Shown: positions 1 through 10,754, counted from the stretch's first letter. The stretch is 64,000 nt of DNA from an uncultured delta proteobacterium (GCA_963847445.1 CAWJZV010000034.1:64001-128000), one strand, 5' to 3'. Translations and numbers: made by a program. The notes: generated from the sequence alone by a model not told the origin.

Positions 1-645
1 ATCAAGGATTTTTCCCCCAATGCGCGGATTATAATCATGCTGCGCAATCCTCTCGACATGATGTATTCGTTCCATAGCCAGCGTCTTTATAACGGCAACG
101 AGGATATCGAAAATTTTTCAGCGGCATTGGATGCCGAGGCCGAGCGGAGACGAGGATCGCGCCTGCCCAAGGGCGCGTCGGATGTTTTCGGTTGGTGTTA
201 CCGCGAGGTGGCGACCTATACCAAACAGGTCCAAAGATATTTTAACGCCTTCGGCAAGGAAGATGTCCGCGTCATTATTTACGACGATTTCGCCAAGGAT
301 GCCGGTCTCGCGTATCGAGAAACCTGCCAATTCCTCGACATAGACTCGGACTTTCAACCGGATCTCCGGATGATCAACACCAGGAAGCAGGTACGTAGTA
401 AGGCGTTGCGAGAATTCCTGCGACGCCCACACCCTGCTTCGGGCTGGCTTTTTCGAGCCATAGGACTCCGCCCGGACCGCAACGGGGGATACAAGGGCTG
501 GCTCAGGCGGTTAAACAGTAGTGACAATTCTCTCCGCCCAATGAATCCGGTATTGAGAAAACAACTGCAACGGGAGTTTGCTCCTGAAGTGCGGCAGCTG
601 AGCGCATTACTCGAACGTGACCTAACCCATTGGTGCAAGTCATGA
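1..645 (+). CDS. PAPS-dependent sulfotransferase (5'-truncated by window edge)
   Basis: Frame is open from base 1 (IKDFSPNARIIIMLRNPLDMMYS = 3'-PB motif LRNP..S); close paralog of 25809-26702. Confidence 0.9.
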   Translation: MKDFSPNARIIIMLRNPLDMMYSFHSQRLYNGNEDIENFSAALDAEAERRRGSRLPKGASDVFGWCYREVATYTKQVQRYFNAFGKEDVRVIIYDDFAKDAGLAYRETCQFLDIDSDFQPDLRMINTRKQVRSKALREFLRRPHPASGWLFRAIGLRPDRNGGYKGWLRRLNSSDNSLRPMNPVLRKQLQREFAPEVRQLSALLERDLTHWCKS

Positions 646-1504
646 AACGACTCATTGATCCGAAGCCGCTGCCGCCTTTTCTGAAGCGCTTAGTCAAGGC
701 TCCTCGGGCGCTGACGGCCAGAGTTCGACTCCTGCCGGATTTTCTCATCATCGGGGCGCAGCGGTGCGGCACCACTTCGCTGCAAAGGTATTTGATACAA
801 CATCCCTCGATAGCGCCTGCTTTCAGGAAAGAGGTGCATTATTTCGACAAGAATCTGAAGAAGGGGGTTACCTGGTACCGAACGCATTTCCCATCGGCGC
901 CCTACAAGCACTTCGTAACCAAAGTCCTCCGCCGTCAGTTTTTGACCGGTGAAGCGAGCGCCGCGTACCTGTTCTATCCGCATGCGCCGAAAAAGGTCCT
1001 TGAAACGGTGCCCCGCGCCAAGCTGATCGTTCTGTTACGGAACCCGGTGGATAGGGCGTACTCTCATTACCAGCACGAAGTAAGCTTAAAGCATGAAACT
1101 TTGCCGTTTGACGAGGCGATCGAGCAGGAGCCGGAACGGCTTCGTGGCGAGAGAGAAAAATGCTCGCCGATCAAAGCTATGACAGTTACAAGTACCGACA
1201 CTATTCTTACCTCTCGAGGGGCGCATATGCCGACCAGCTGGCACTCTGGATGAAATTCTTTCCCAAAGATCAGATGCTCATTTTGCGGAGCGAGGATTTC
1301 TTTGCCGAACCACCGAAGATCTTTCAGAAGGTCCTACGGTTCCTTGATCTGCCGCTATGCGAGCTCGGCGAATACAAGCAATACAACGCGCGGGACTACT
1401 CAACCATGGATGGCGCAACCAGGGCACGGTTAATTAAGTACTTCGAACCGCATAATCGCCGCTTACGGCAACTGGTCGGCCGCAATTTCGCTTGGAACCG
1501 ATAA
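642..1504 (+). CDS. Sulfotransferase (Sulfotransfer_1/3, heparan-sulfate ST-like), frameshift at ~1158
   Basis: PDFLIIGAQRCGTTSL 5'-PSB loop, KEVHYFD, LRNPVDRAYSHY; ATGA overlap with upstream gene; continues in ORF 1160-1504 after an A-run. Confidence 0.88.
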
Positions 1505-1516
1505 GCGCCACGCGCT

Positions 1517-2341
1517 ATGAAGTTTGCCATTCGCGACGATGACACATCGTTCTTCACCCGACCCGAGCAATTGCTGCGCGTGTATGAGGGTATCTGGGAT
1601 AGGGCGCCGGTCTCTCTGTCCGTCGTGCCTTTTCATGGCCGCACTCACACCGAGGGCATCCCGGTTGAGTATTGGTCTGGCGGCAATGAATTATACCCGG
1701 TGGCCGATAACAGTGATTTGATCGCATTCTTACGCGAGCAAACCGCGAAGAAGCGAGTATCGATCATGATGCACGGTTACAGCCACGTCGATGAGCCGGA
1801 TGGCTACGAGTTTGAAACCGCAACTGATTTGGAGCGCAAGGCGCGCGAGGGTAAGCGCTATTTGGAAGAGGTGTTTGGAGTACCAATCCATGCCTTCGTC
1901 CCGCCCCATAACGCGCTCTCGGCCGCCGGGTACCGGGCGGTGATCCGCGCCGGTTTGGATATCGTCCAGATCGTTCGTTTCGGGCATGGCGTTCGACCAA
2001 TGGCGCTGCGCTATTTTTCCCAGCTGGCCCGTTTGGTCTGGTCGAAGTTCATGTGGAAGCATCCGTATCCTTACTATCCTCAAGTGCTCGATTTTGGCGA
2101 GCATCGCGAAGTTGCGTACCACTCGCTCACGCCATCGGTTTTTTTCAAGCAGCGCCTCGCGGAGCTGGAGTTCTGCCACCGCCGCCGCGGCGTGTTCGTC
2201 CTCGCGACCCATTATTGGGAGCTTGAGCGGAAAACCAAGGACGGCCTTACTTTGCGCGATGCCCTGGAGCGCCTGGTGAACCGCGCCACGCAACTGGGTG
2301 CTGAGTTCTGCTCGGTGAATCAAGTATTGGGGCGGCAATAG
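1517..2341 (+). CDS. Polysaccharide deacetylase-like protein (DUF2334/CE4-like)
   Basis: FAIRDDD, MHGYSH and FVPPHN motifs typical of NodB-fold metal deacetylases. Confidence 0.8.
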   Translation: MKFAIRDDDTSFFTRPEQLLRVYEGIWDRAPVSLSVVPFHGRTHTEGIPVEYWSGGNELYPVADNSDLIAFLREQTAKKRVSIMMHGYSHVDEPDGYEFETATDLERKAREGKRYLEEVFGVPIHAFVPPHNALSAAGYRAVIRAGLDIVQIVRFGHGVRPMALRYFSQLARLVWSKFMWKHPYPYYPQVLDFGEHREVAYHSLTPSVFFKQRLAELEFCHRRRGVFVLATHYWELERKTKDGLTLRDALERLVNRATQLGAEFCSVNQVLGRQ

Positions 2342-2627
2342 GATGCCCGATTAAGGGCTGGGGGTCGCGTTGCCTAGCCGGTTCCCTCGACTTAGGCAGC
2401 ATAGCGGTTGACAAGTAGTCTGCGGACAAGATCGTCGCAATGAATAACGACAGGACGCCAAATCTCACTATCGGTGCGATCACCCCTGGGGGGCGCCAAC
2501 GCGAATCAGTTTGTTAAGGTTTCGGGTAGCTGCTCTAAGATAACCTTGGCGATAAATGCGTCATGCACGATGCGTGCAAAGAGGATTGCGCTAAGGTGCA
2601 GTAAGGGGAGAGAATCGTAGTGGAATG

Positions 2628-3795
2628 TCACGGGCATACCGGCAGCGAGATTGCGGAGAGATATTTCTGGTCGATCGCGTCGAGCGGCCGCACGCCCGCG
2701 CCCGCCAGTAGCGCACGGGCCGCCGTGCAGGCGTCCTGGGTATCGACCGGGGGTGCCGGGAAAGGACTCTTTTCGTTGCCGACTTTATTGATGTCCTGTT
2801 CCAGCTTGTCGGCGCTGTAATTCCCACTTGTATAGACTCTGGCCACAGCGGCAAATTTTTTCCCCGCTACCCTGGATTGCGCCGACGACCAGCGCCTGTT
2901 TTTGGTTCTTGGGGAAACTTCGGGGAGAGGAATAAAAGTTGTTTACGACATTGGCCCTTGAGCCGGACCAGATCAACGTCCCGTACCCGCCGGCCCAGTC
3001 CCACACCAGGTTGTTTCTCATATCGAGAGTGGTGTCGGTGGCGGCCGTCCCGGTGTTGTCGATGGCGACTTGCGGGTTTCTCTGCTGCGCGTGCACGAAG
3101 ATGTTGTGATGCAGGCTGATCCGCGAGGGATTATATTTGATCAGCATATTTTTCTGAGTCGCGCGAGGTTCCGCGAAGATACTCCAGGATACGGTCACGT
3201 CGCGTGAATCGGTCCCGATGTCCATATTGCCGTCTTCCGAGCCGTGAATCGAAACGTGATCGATCACCACATTGTATGCGCCTTTGACAACGTTCATGCC
3301 GTCGCTTTGTTCTTTGTCGCCTTTGATCCCAGCATCGCGCACCCGTATGCCGCGCACGATAATATCGTGGGCTCCGCGGTTTCCACTAATGCTGAGGCCA
3401 TAGTTCTTGAGCGTGATGCCGGGACCTGGCGCAGTAAAGCCATCAACGGTTATGAAGGCACCCCTGATGTAGACGGTCTTGGTGAGAATAATCTCCCCCG
3501 CTACATCGAAGACGACCGTTCGATTTCCCTGAGACACGGCATCACGAAAGCTGCCCGGCCCTGAGTCATTGAGGTTGGCAACACGGACGATGGCCTTAGC
3601 AGATCCTCCTGGCGTCTTCGCGCCAAAACCCTGATACGCCGGATCGGCATCTTTCGCACCGGCCGACGATGAAGGAATCGGGTCGGTTCCCTGGGTTTCC
3701 ACGCCGACAGAAGTCGCCAGCACAATGGCGCAACTCGCAAGCAGAAAAAATGTCGATCCAGCCCATTTTGGGCTGCTGAATTTGAAAATTTGCAT
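2628..3795 (-). CDS. Secreted pectate lyase-like (PL1-like) beta-helix protein, frameshift at ~2850
   Basis: Hydrophobic N-terminus, GFGAKTPGG...NLNDSGPGSFRDA, NVVIDHVS, DGNMDI, QRNPQ; C-terminus continues in ORF 2628-2846, matching paralogs. Confidence 0.85.
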
Positions 3796-3840
3796 CTTGA
3801 ACCTCTAGTTATCTATAAGTCTACCACGGGAGATTTTGCA

Positions 3841-5334
3841 ATGAGTTCGAAGAGTCAGGTGAAAATTATCGCTACGATCGGACCGGGCACCAACACAGCG
3901 GCGGCACTCAAGGCCCTGCTCGAGGCCGGAGCCAGCGTGGCGCGCCTCAACGGCTCGCATGCCGATTTGGCATGGCACGCCGCCACGATCAAATTGCTGC
4001 GCGAGGTGGTGCCGCAGATGCCGATCCTGCTCGATATTCCGGGGCGCAAGATCCGCACCGGCGCTTTGGAGCACGAGCCCTGCTTCCAAGCAGGCGATTT
4101 TCTAGTGCTGACCACGTCCCCTGATCACAACGGCCAATTTAAGGTGCCGGTGTCCTATCCCAACCTGCATGAAGACCTCTCGCCGGGAGACACGATCCTG
4201 GCTGACGATGGCCAGTTGCGTTTCACCGTCGAATCGGTGATGGATCGCGATATCGTTTGCAGAGCCGAGGCGGCTGGAACGCTGCGCAGCAGAAAGGGCA
4301 TCAACTGCCCCGGGGTCACGCTGCGGACGGCGATGGTGACGGAACATGACCGGGGCATGCTGGCCTTCGCCAAAGAACACGGCGTCGACTTTGTCGGCAT
4401 CAGTTTCGTCGAAAGCCCCGAGCACGTGCATGCGATTCGCGCCGAGATCGGTGATGCGAGCCCGCGAATCGTCGCCAAGATCGAAACCCCGGACGCGTTG
4501 GAACACTTGGCAGATATCATCGCCGTATCCGACGCGATCATGATCGATCGCGGCGACCTGGCAGTGGAAACTAATCTGTATGGTATCGCGCTGCTGCAGA
4601 AGCGGATTTTGACCGCCGCCCGCCAGGCAAACAAGCCGGCTATCGTAGCCACTGAGATGCTGCATTCCATGATCACGAGCCCGGTGCCGACAAAAGCCGA
4701 AGTCACCGACATCACCAATGCGGTCCTCGATGGCGCCGCGGCGGTGATGCTTTCAGGCGAAACCGCTGTCGGGCAGTTCCCGGCTGCAGCGGTGGCGACC
4801 ATGCGTCAGATAGCCGACCGAGCTTCGGCCCATTTCCAATCGATGTTGGACCAGAATGGCAGCCGCGAAGAGTTCAGCGTGCCGCAAGCGGTCGGCGATG
4901 CGATCGCTCTCATATGCCGCCGGCTGCCCGTGACCAAGATCGTCGCCATTACGATCGCCGGCTACGCCGCGCGCACGGTGGCCATGCACATGCCGCGTCA
5001 ACCTATCCTCGCCGTCAGCAATGATCCCATCGCAGCTCGCAGTTTTCACATGCTGCCCGGCACGGAAGGCATCTACGTGGATATTCCGTTCGTGCGCACC
5101 AGCACCGACCATATTCCCAAATGCTTGGAGGAATTGTGGCGCAGCGGAAAATTACTGGACGAGGATCTCGTGCTGGTGACGTCGGTCGGCTACCCCAGGT
5201 CGGGCAATCGCATGAACCTGATTCAAACGCATAACATTGCCGATCTGCGCGAGAGCCTGGGATGGCTATCGATGCCGCACGGCTCGGTCGGGCCGGACCT
5301 CACCATGATGGCGGCGCCTGCGGACCCGGTATGA
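3841..5334 (+). CDS. pyk: Pyruvate kinase-family protein (atypical motifs)
   Basis: KIIATIGP, AKIE, RGDL, PTKAEVTDITNAVLDGAAAVMLSGETAVG. Confidence 0.88.
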   Translation: MSSKSQVKIIATIGPGTNTAAALKALLEAGASVARLNGSHADLAWHAATIKLLREVVPQMPILLDIPGRKIRTGALEHEPCFQAGDFLVLTTSPDHNGQFKVPVSYPNLHEDLSPGDTILADDGQLRFTVESVMDRDIVCRAEAAGTLRSRKGINCPGVTLRTAMVTEHDRGMLAFAKEHGVDFVGISFVESPEHVHAIRAEIGDASPRIVAKIETPDALEHLADIIAVSDAIMIDRGDLAVETNLYGIALLQKRILTAARQANKPAIVATEMLHSMITSPVPTKAEVTDITNAVLDGAAAVMLSGETAVGQFPAAAVATMRQIADRASAHFQSMLDQNGSREEFSVPQAVGDAIALICRRLPVTKIVAITIAGYAARTVAMHMPRQPILAVSNDPIAARSFHMLPGTEGIYVDIPFVRTSTDHIPKCLEELWRSGKLLDEDLVLVTSVGYPRSGNRMNLIQTHNIADLRESLGWLSMPHGSVGPDLTMMAAPADPV

Positions 5335-5438
5335 CCGCCGGCTATGGGCTGATAACTTCGGGTCGTCGGCAATTATGATCAATAGCGAAATTTACGACAT
5401 CGATTTCACACAGTGATGAAAAACATTTGGCTGGAACC

Positions 5439-6758
5439 ATGAGAATATTAACCGCTATCAAGACGGGGACGAGTAAATTAGCGCTGGTGGTCCTTTCCAT
5501 CGCCATTACCGTCGTGCTGCTGGAGTTTGCTGTCCGCCTGTTTTTCCCACAGCCGCTCAACCATTACAATTTCACGCTCATTCAGGCAGAGGGTGGCGGC
5601 GCAATGGTCCTGGGGTCGAACATGTCGGCGGTCGAGCAAAGAACGAGGGGTTTAGGCCCCTACGTTCCCAAACTGTCGACGAATTTTGGCGGCGTCCCGG
5701 TGACTATCAATTCACACGGCTGGAGAGACGACGAGTATTCTCTGAAAAAGCCCGAGGGCGTTAGCAGAATTATGGTCGTCGGAGATTCGGTCACCTTTGG
5801 TTACGGAGTCAAGCTTGAGGAAATGTTCGCGAAAGTGCTCGAACGAGGATTGAACAGCCGGGGGCCGGGACGTTACGAGGTCATCAGCATGGGCGGCGCT
5901 GGCGGCAATACTTATTCTCAAAGTCGGATTATTAAAGAGAATGTCGCGATCTATAATCCGGACCTGGTAATTCTCGTTTTCAATTTAAACGACATATTGC
6001 CGAAGATCTTCGGGACAAAAACGGCGCGTTCAGCTGATGGCGACCGGTCGATCTCGCGGTCAATCTCGCGGACTAGCCTCGATCTACGGAAGAAGCTGGA
6101 CACAGGGTTCCGCAGCCGTTCGCACCTATATTTTCTCTTTAGGGAGAGAATGAAAGTCGTGCTGCGGCAATTCGGAATCGCTTCCCCCACTATGGTTCCG
6201 CTAGCGGCGTTTGACATGGAAAGCGATTCTGGCCGCGCCGCTTGGCGGGACACGAGCCTGGCGTTGCTTGAAATCGCCGATCAATTGGATCGCGACAAGG
6301 TCAAGTTTTTGCTCGCCGTCTTGCCGGTGGATATGCAGTTGAGTCCCGAGATCGCGGATATCTACCGGCGTGAATACGGATTTGTTTTCGACGATAGCCT
6401 GGTCAACGGCCTGCCGCAGAAAATAATCGCCGATTTTGCCCGGGGCCACGGCATCGCTTGCGTCGACTTGCTTCCGTCGTTTCGAAAGGATCCGCACGAG
6501 CAGACATTTTTTCGAATTTACGGTGGATCGATCGATTGGAACCACCCAAATCGTTTGGGCCACAAGATCATCGGCGAGCAATTGAACAAGGCCGTTAACA
6601 CTCTCGGTGCCGATACCGGACTCAATGGTAAAGCCGGTCGAAAATCCTATCCGGCCCGACAAAAAGCAGGAGAGCGTGCCGTAACGGTACCGATCTTGGA
6701 GTATGACGACGGGTTTTCGATGGATAGTATTCCTAAGTCGCCAAATCGGGGCCTGTGA
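5439..6758 (+). CDS. Membrane-anchored SGNH/GDSL hydrolase (AlgX/AlgJ-like acyl modification protein)
   Basis: N-terminal TM helix, GDSVTFG block I, NLND block III, DWNHPN block V. Confidence 0.82.
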   Translation: MRILTAIKTGTSKLALVVLSIAITVVLLEFAVRLFFPQPLNHYNFTLIQAEGGGAMVLGSNMSAVEQRTRGLGPYVPKLSTNFGGVPVTINSHGWRDDEYSLKKPEGVSRIMVVGDSVTFGYGVKLEEMFAKVLERGLNSRGPGRYEVISMGGAGGNTYSQSRIIKENVAIYNPDLVILVFNLNDILPKIFGTKTARSADGDRSISRSISRTSLDLRKKLDTGFRSRSHLYFLFRERMKVVLRQFGIASPTMVPLAAFDMESDSGRAAWRDTSLALLEIADQLDRDKVKFLLAVLPVDMQLSPEIADIYRREYGFVFDDSLVNGLPQKIIADFARGHGIACVDLLPSFRKDPHEQTFFRIYGGSIDWNHPNRLGHKIIGEQLNKAVNTLGADTGLNGKAGRKSYPARQKAGERAVTVPILEYDDGFSMDSIPKSPNRGL

Positions 6759-7012
6759 TGGTTGAACGCTTAACGAGCAGGACACATTTGAATATCGCTG
6801 TTGTGGGAACGGGTAATGTGGTCTTGTCACCGGGAGTGTGTTTCGCCGAGTTCGGCATGAATGTCATCTGTGCGGACAAGGCAAAACAGAGGATCGCGCA
6901 GTTACCCGAAGGGGAAAGTCCGATTGATGAGCCGCGATTGGCCCGAGCTGCTCCAGCGCAATCTTCAACAAGGACGGGTTCACTTCACGACCGACACGGA
7001 ACATGCCGTTAA
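6758..7012 (+). pseudogene. ugd: N-terminal remnant of UDP-glucose/GDP-mannose dehydrogenase
   Basis: NIAVVGTGNVVLSPGVCFAEFGMNVICADK...GESPIDEP resembles the Ugd Rossmann N-terminus; truncated after ~60 aa with degraded GxGYVG. Confidence 0.75.
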
Positions 7013-7068
7013 ACAATCACTCTAAGCTCGCGGCTTCGAATACTACGGCGTCGGTCGGGGCTGATACC

Positions 7069-8259
7069 ATGGCCAAGAGACAAAATAGGATTCTCCACGT
7101 CATCACCGAGTCCGGACCCTACGGCGGTGCCCAGCGCAACACCTTTCTCACGGTGAGGGGGCTGATCGAGGATGGCTATGACACTGAGCTGATCTGCGGA
7201 CCGGGAGGACCGCTGATTCAAGAGGCGAGGGCGGCCGGTGTTCCGGTTTACGTGATGGCGGACCTGGTTCGTCCGGTGCATCCAGTCAAGGATTGCCGCG
7301 CCCTTGTCCAATTGTATCGGCTGTTGCGATCCAGGCGCTATCACATCGTCCACACCCATTCGGTCAAGGCCGGACTGCTTGGCCGACTGGCTGCTTGGTG
7401 CGCGCGGGTTCCTGTGATTATTCACACGCTCCATGGCGTGCCCTTCCGGATTAGCGGCGACTTCAAATCGCGGTTTTACATCGTTTACGAACGGCTCCTG
7501 GGGCTCATCACGCGCTGTTTTGTTTGTGTCGGCGAAGTTCTTCGCCAAGAAATATCGGCCTGGAAGATAGCGCCGGAGAAAAAGCTGACGACGATATACA
7601 GCGGCATTGATTTTACCTCTTATGTGCCGCAGCACACGGCTTTGGAGACGAAGCAAAAGCTCGGCGCGGAAGGGGCCTGGCCGATCGTCGGCTGCATCGG
7701 CCGCCTCTCTGAACAGAAAGCGCAACACTACCTGGTCGAAGCCGTGGCGCTTTTGACGGACAAATATCCGCAGATCAAATTGCTGCTGGTGGGCGAAGGC
7801 GGGCTGCGGTCTTTCTTGGAAAAACAAATCCAAGACCTCGGCCTCTCGTCCAATGTTGCGCTGCTCGGGGAGCGCGACGATATCGCCGATCTCCTCAACG
7901 TCTTCGACGTTTACGCGATGTCCTCCAGTTGGGAAGGCGTCGGGCGGGCTTTGACGGAAGCGATGCATATGGGCCTTCCGGTCGTAGCGACCTCGGTCGA
8001 CGGGGTTACAGAACTCATCTCTGATGAAAAAACCGGTCTGCTCGTTCCGCCGCAGAATCCTCGGTCATTGGCTGCCGCCATCGATCGGCTGTCTGTGGAT
8101 CGTGAGCTGGCAAAAAGCTTGGGCTCAAGCGCACGCCAGAGAGTGAAAGATCTCATGGACGGCCAGCAGATGGTCCGTGCCATCGAGGAACTCTACGAGA
8201 AACTAAGCGAGCGGCCGGCGTCGCCTCTAAGCAACTTTTCGCAAGTCAAAATCCCCTGA
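7069..8259 (+). CDS. Glycosyltransferase family 4
   Basis: GGAQ, HTHSVKAG, GRLSEQKA, SSWEGVGRALTEAM (Ex7E). Confidence 0.93.
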   Translation: MAKRQNRILHVITESGPYGGAQRNTFLTVRGLIEDGYDTELICGPGGPLIQEARAAGVPVYVMADLVRPVHPVKDCRALVQLYRLLRSRRYHIVHTHSVKAGLLGRLAAWCARVPVIIHTLHGVPFRISGDFKSRFYIVYERLLGLITRCFVCVGEVLRQEISAWKIAPEKKLTTIYSGIDFTSYVPQHTALETKQKLGAEGAWPIVGCIGRLSEQKAQHYLVEAVALLTDKYPQIKLLLVGEGGLRSFLEKQIQDLGLSSNVALLGERDDIADLLNVFDVYAMSSSWEGVGRALTEAMHMGLPVVATSVDGVTELISDEKTGLLVPPQNPRSLAAAIDRLSVDRELAKSLGSSARQRVKDLMDGQQMVRAIEELYEKLSERPASPLSNFSQVKIP

Positions 8260-8340
8260 CCTCGGGCGTCGGGCAAATTTCAAAACGAGATCGTAAGATC
8301 GATAGCCGCTCCGCTCGGCTTTCGCCATTCGACAAAATAA

Positions 8341-8774
8341 ATGTCTTCTCCAACAACGAGCCGATGGGATTGGTGGTGGACGCGGTTGCTGCCCCTGCTG
8401 CTATGGATCGGGGTGATTCTGTGGATCGCTTCTCAACCCAAGACGAGCTTTTTCCCATCGGATGTGAAGACTTTTCTGGGCATGCCGCGAGAGTGGCTCC
8501 AGTATCCTTATCATTTCGGAGTTTTCTTTATTTTGGCGCTTCTTTTCCGCCGATTCCTCTCGGGGATCGGCCAACCGTCCGGGTGGTTATAAGCTCGCAA
8601 TCTTCGCATTTCTCGGGTGCTGTCTCGTTTCCCTCGGTTCCGAATTCATCCAGTTCTTTGTGCCGACGCGGACTCCCGCGGTGCGCGATTTAGTCGTTCG
8701 ATCAGTTCGGCGCCATGATAGGGCTCACTCTGATGCGGCATTTTTCCGATAAGCCCGGCCTCGTCGGGCAATAA
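8341..8774 (+). CDS. VanZ-family membrane protein (frameshifted)
   Basis: LLWIGVILWIASQP...YHFGVF in first frame; EFIQFFVPTRTPAVRDL VanZ motif in a downstream frame ending TAA at 8774. Confidence 0.65.
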
Positions 8775-8794
8775 CAAAAGAAAGTTTATACTTT

Positions 8795-10717
8795 ATGTGC
8801 GGTATCGCCGGTAAAATCAATTTTCAAAACGCTCGTCCCGTCATGCACGCCACTATTGCGCGGATGTGCGCGGTGATGCGGCACCGAGGTCCCGACGACG
8901 AGGGGATCTACCTGGACAGGTATTTCGGCATGGGCATGAGGCGGCTCAGTATTATCGATCTAGCTACCGGCAAACAGCCGATCAGCAACGAGGACGGGTC
9001 GATCTGGACGGTATTGAACGGGGAAATCTACAACTTTTTGGAGCTGCGCGAACTTCTCGAGCAGAAAGGCCACAAGTTTTATACCCATACCGACACCGAG
9101 GTGATCGTTCATTCCTACGAGGAATACGGAGAAAAGTTCGCCGAACATCTGACTGGCATGTTTGCCGTCGCGGTCTGGGACAAGCGCCAAGAGAAGTTGA
9201 TCCTGGCGCGGGACCGGCTAGGGATCAAGCCGCTTTACTACTCGGAAGGCCCGAACGGATTGCTTTTCGGATCGGAAACCAAGGCTATTTTACAGGACGG
9301 CATAGAGAGAGACGTCGACTTGCAGGCGCTCCACGATTATCTCTCGTTCAACTATGTGCCGGGGCCGCGTTCGATCTTCAAGCATGTCCGCTCGCTTCCC
9401 CCGGGACATGTCTTGACGTGCTCGGGAAAGAGTGTGGCGATTGCGCCTTATTGGCAGATTCAATACCCGCTGGGCTCGGCTAACGGCAACCGCCGCTCCG
9501 CAGAAAGCTACTGCGAAGAACTGTACGAACTCCTGTGCAGCACCGTCAAACAGCACCTGATCAGCGACGTTCCGCTCGGGGTTTTTTTGAGCGGGGGGGT
9601 GGATTCCAGCGCTTTGGTTGCGCTGATGAGCAAAGTTTCCTCGCAAACGATCCGGACTTTTTCCATTGGTTTTGAAGAGAAGTCTTACAATGAGCTCGAC
9701 TATGCCAGGATTGTGGCGCGAGAGTTTGGCACGGAGCACCACGAGCTGGTTGTCAGTCCCAACATCGTGGATCTGTTACCCGAGCTGGTGCGTTACTTCG
9801 ATGAGCCTTTTGCGGACAGCTCGGCGATCCCGGTTTATTGTGTCGCAAAGCTCGCCAGGCAACACGTCAAAGTCGCTCTGAGCGGCGAGGGAGGCGACGA
9901 GGTGTTCGCTGGGTATCACACCTACGCCGCATATAAAATTGCCGAACTGTACAAACGCCTGCCGCGCAAGCTTGCAGCCGAAGTTATTCCGGCGATTGTC
10001 AGGCGACTGCCGGTTTCTCACAAAAAGGTCAGTTTCGATTATAAGGCGAAACGATTTATCGAGGGAGCGCTATTGCCGCCGGCGCAGGGCCACTATTCGT
10101 GGAAGGTGATTTTTACCGAGGAGGCCAAAGCCGCGCTTTACGCAAGTAACCGGGAGAAGTTTGAAGATCCCCTCCGACTCTATCATAGCGTCTATGACGA
10201 CTGCGCCACCGCCGACGTACTGACCAGGCTTCAGCACATCGACCTCAAGGTCTACCTGCCGGACGATATTCTCGTCAAGGCCGATCGAATGAGCATGGCT
10301 AATTCTTTAGAGGCTCGGGTGCCGTTCCTCGATCACCGTGTCGTCGAATTCGCCGCCGCGCTGCCGGCGCGGCTCAAACTTCGAGGCTTAACTAAAAAAT
10401 ATATTCTCAAGCGGACGATGTCGCGTGACCTTCCGGCCAAGGTCCTGAACGGAAAAAAGCGCGGCTTTAACGTTCCCATGCCAAGCTGGCTGCGCCACGA
10501 GTTGCGCGACGTGGTGCACGAAGTTCTCGGTCCACGGCGGCTTAAAGAGGCCGGGTTTTTCCGCTCTGAGGCTGTTGCCGCGATGATCCGCGATCATGAG
10601 AGCATGCGCATCGATTATAGCCGCAATATTTGGTGCCTCTTGGTCTTCATGCTCTGGCATGACGAGTACGTACGGCATCCACAGGTTGCCGCGTGCCAAG
10701 AACAAATGGCTCTATAG
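8795..10717 (+). CDS. asnB: Asparagine synthase (glutamine-hydrolysing)-family amidotransferase
   Basis: MCGIAG N-terminal Cys, RHRGPD, LSGGVDSS, SGEGGDE, EARVPFLD, KKRGF. Confidence 0.95.
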   Translation: MCGIAGKINFQNARPVMHATIARMCAVMRHRGPDDEGIYLDRYFGMGMRRLSIIDLATGKQPISNEDGSIWTVLNGEIYNFLELRELLEQKGHKFYTHTDTEVIVHSYEEYGEKFAEHLTGMFAVAVWDKRQEKLILARDRLGIKPLYYSEGPNGLLFGSETKAILQDGIERDVDLQALHDYLSFNYVPGPRSIFKHVRSLPPGHVLTCSGKSVAIAPYWQIQYPLGSANGNRRSAESYCEELYELLCSTVKQHLISDVPLGVFLSGGVDSSALVALMSKVSSQTIRTFSIGFEEKSYNELDYARIVAREFGTEHHELVVSPNIVDLLPELVRYFDEPFADSSAIPVYCVAKLARQHVKVALSGEGGDEVFAGYHTYAAYKIAELYKRLPRKLAAEVIPAIVRRLPVSHKKVSFDYKAKRFIEGALLPPAQGHYSWKVIFTEEAKAALYASNREKFEDPLRLYHSVYDDCATADVLTRLQHIDLKVYLPDDILVKADRMSMANSLEARVPFLDHRVVEFAAALPARLKLRGLTKKYILKRTMSRDLPAKVLNGKKRGFNVPMPSWLRHELRDVVHEVLGPRRLKEAGFFRSEAVAAMIRDHESMRIDYSRNIWCLLVFMLWHDEYVRHPQVAACQEQMAL

Positions 10718-10754
10718 GTTGGTAATATTAAAATTTGCGCCCTGAGGAGTGGTC

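Noticed and set aside
7009-7968. Long antisense ORFs (e.g. 7009-7968, 38641-39441, 59210-60106) and alternate-frame ORF 63110-63874
   Set aside because: They shadow well-supported genes and show no recognisable motifs; expected in GC-rich coding DNA
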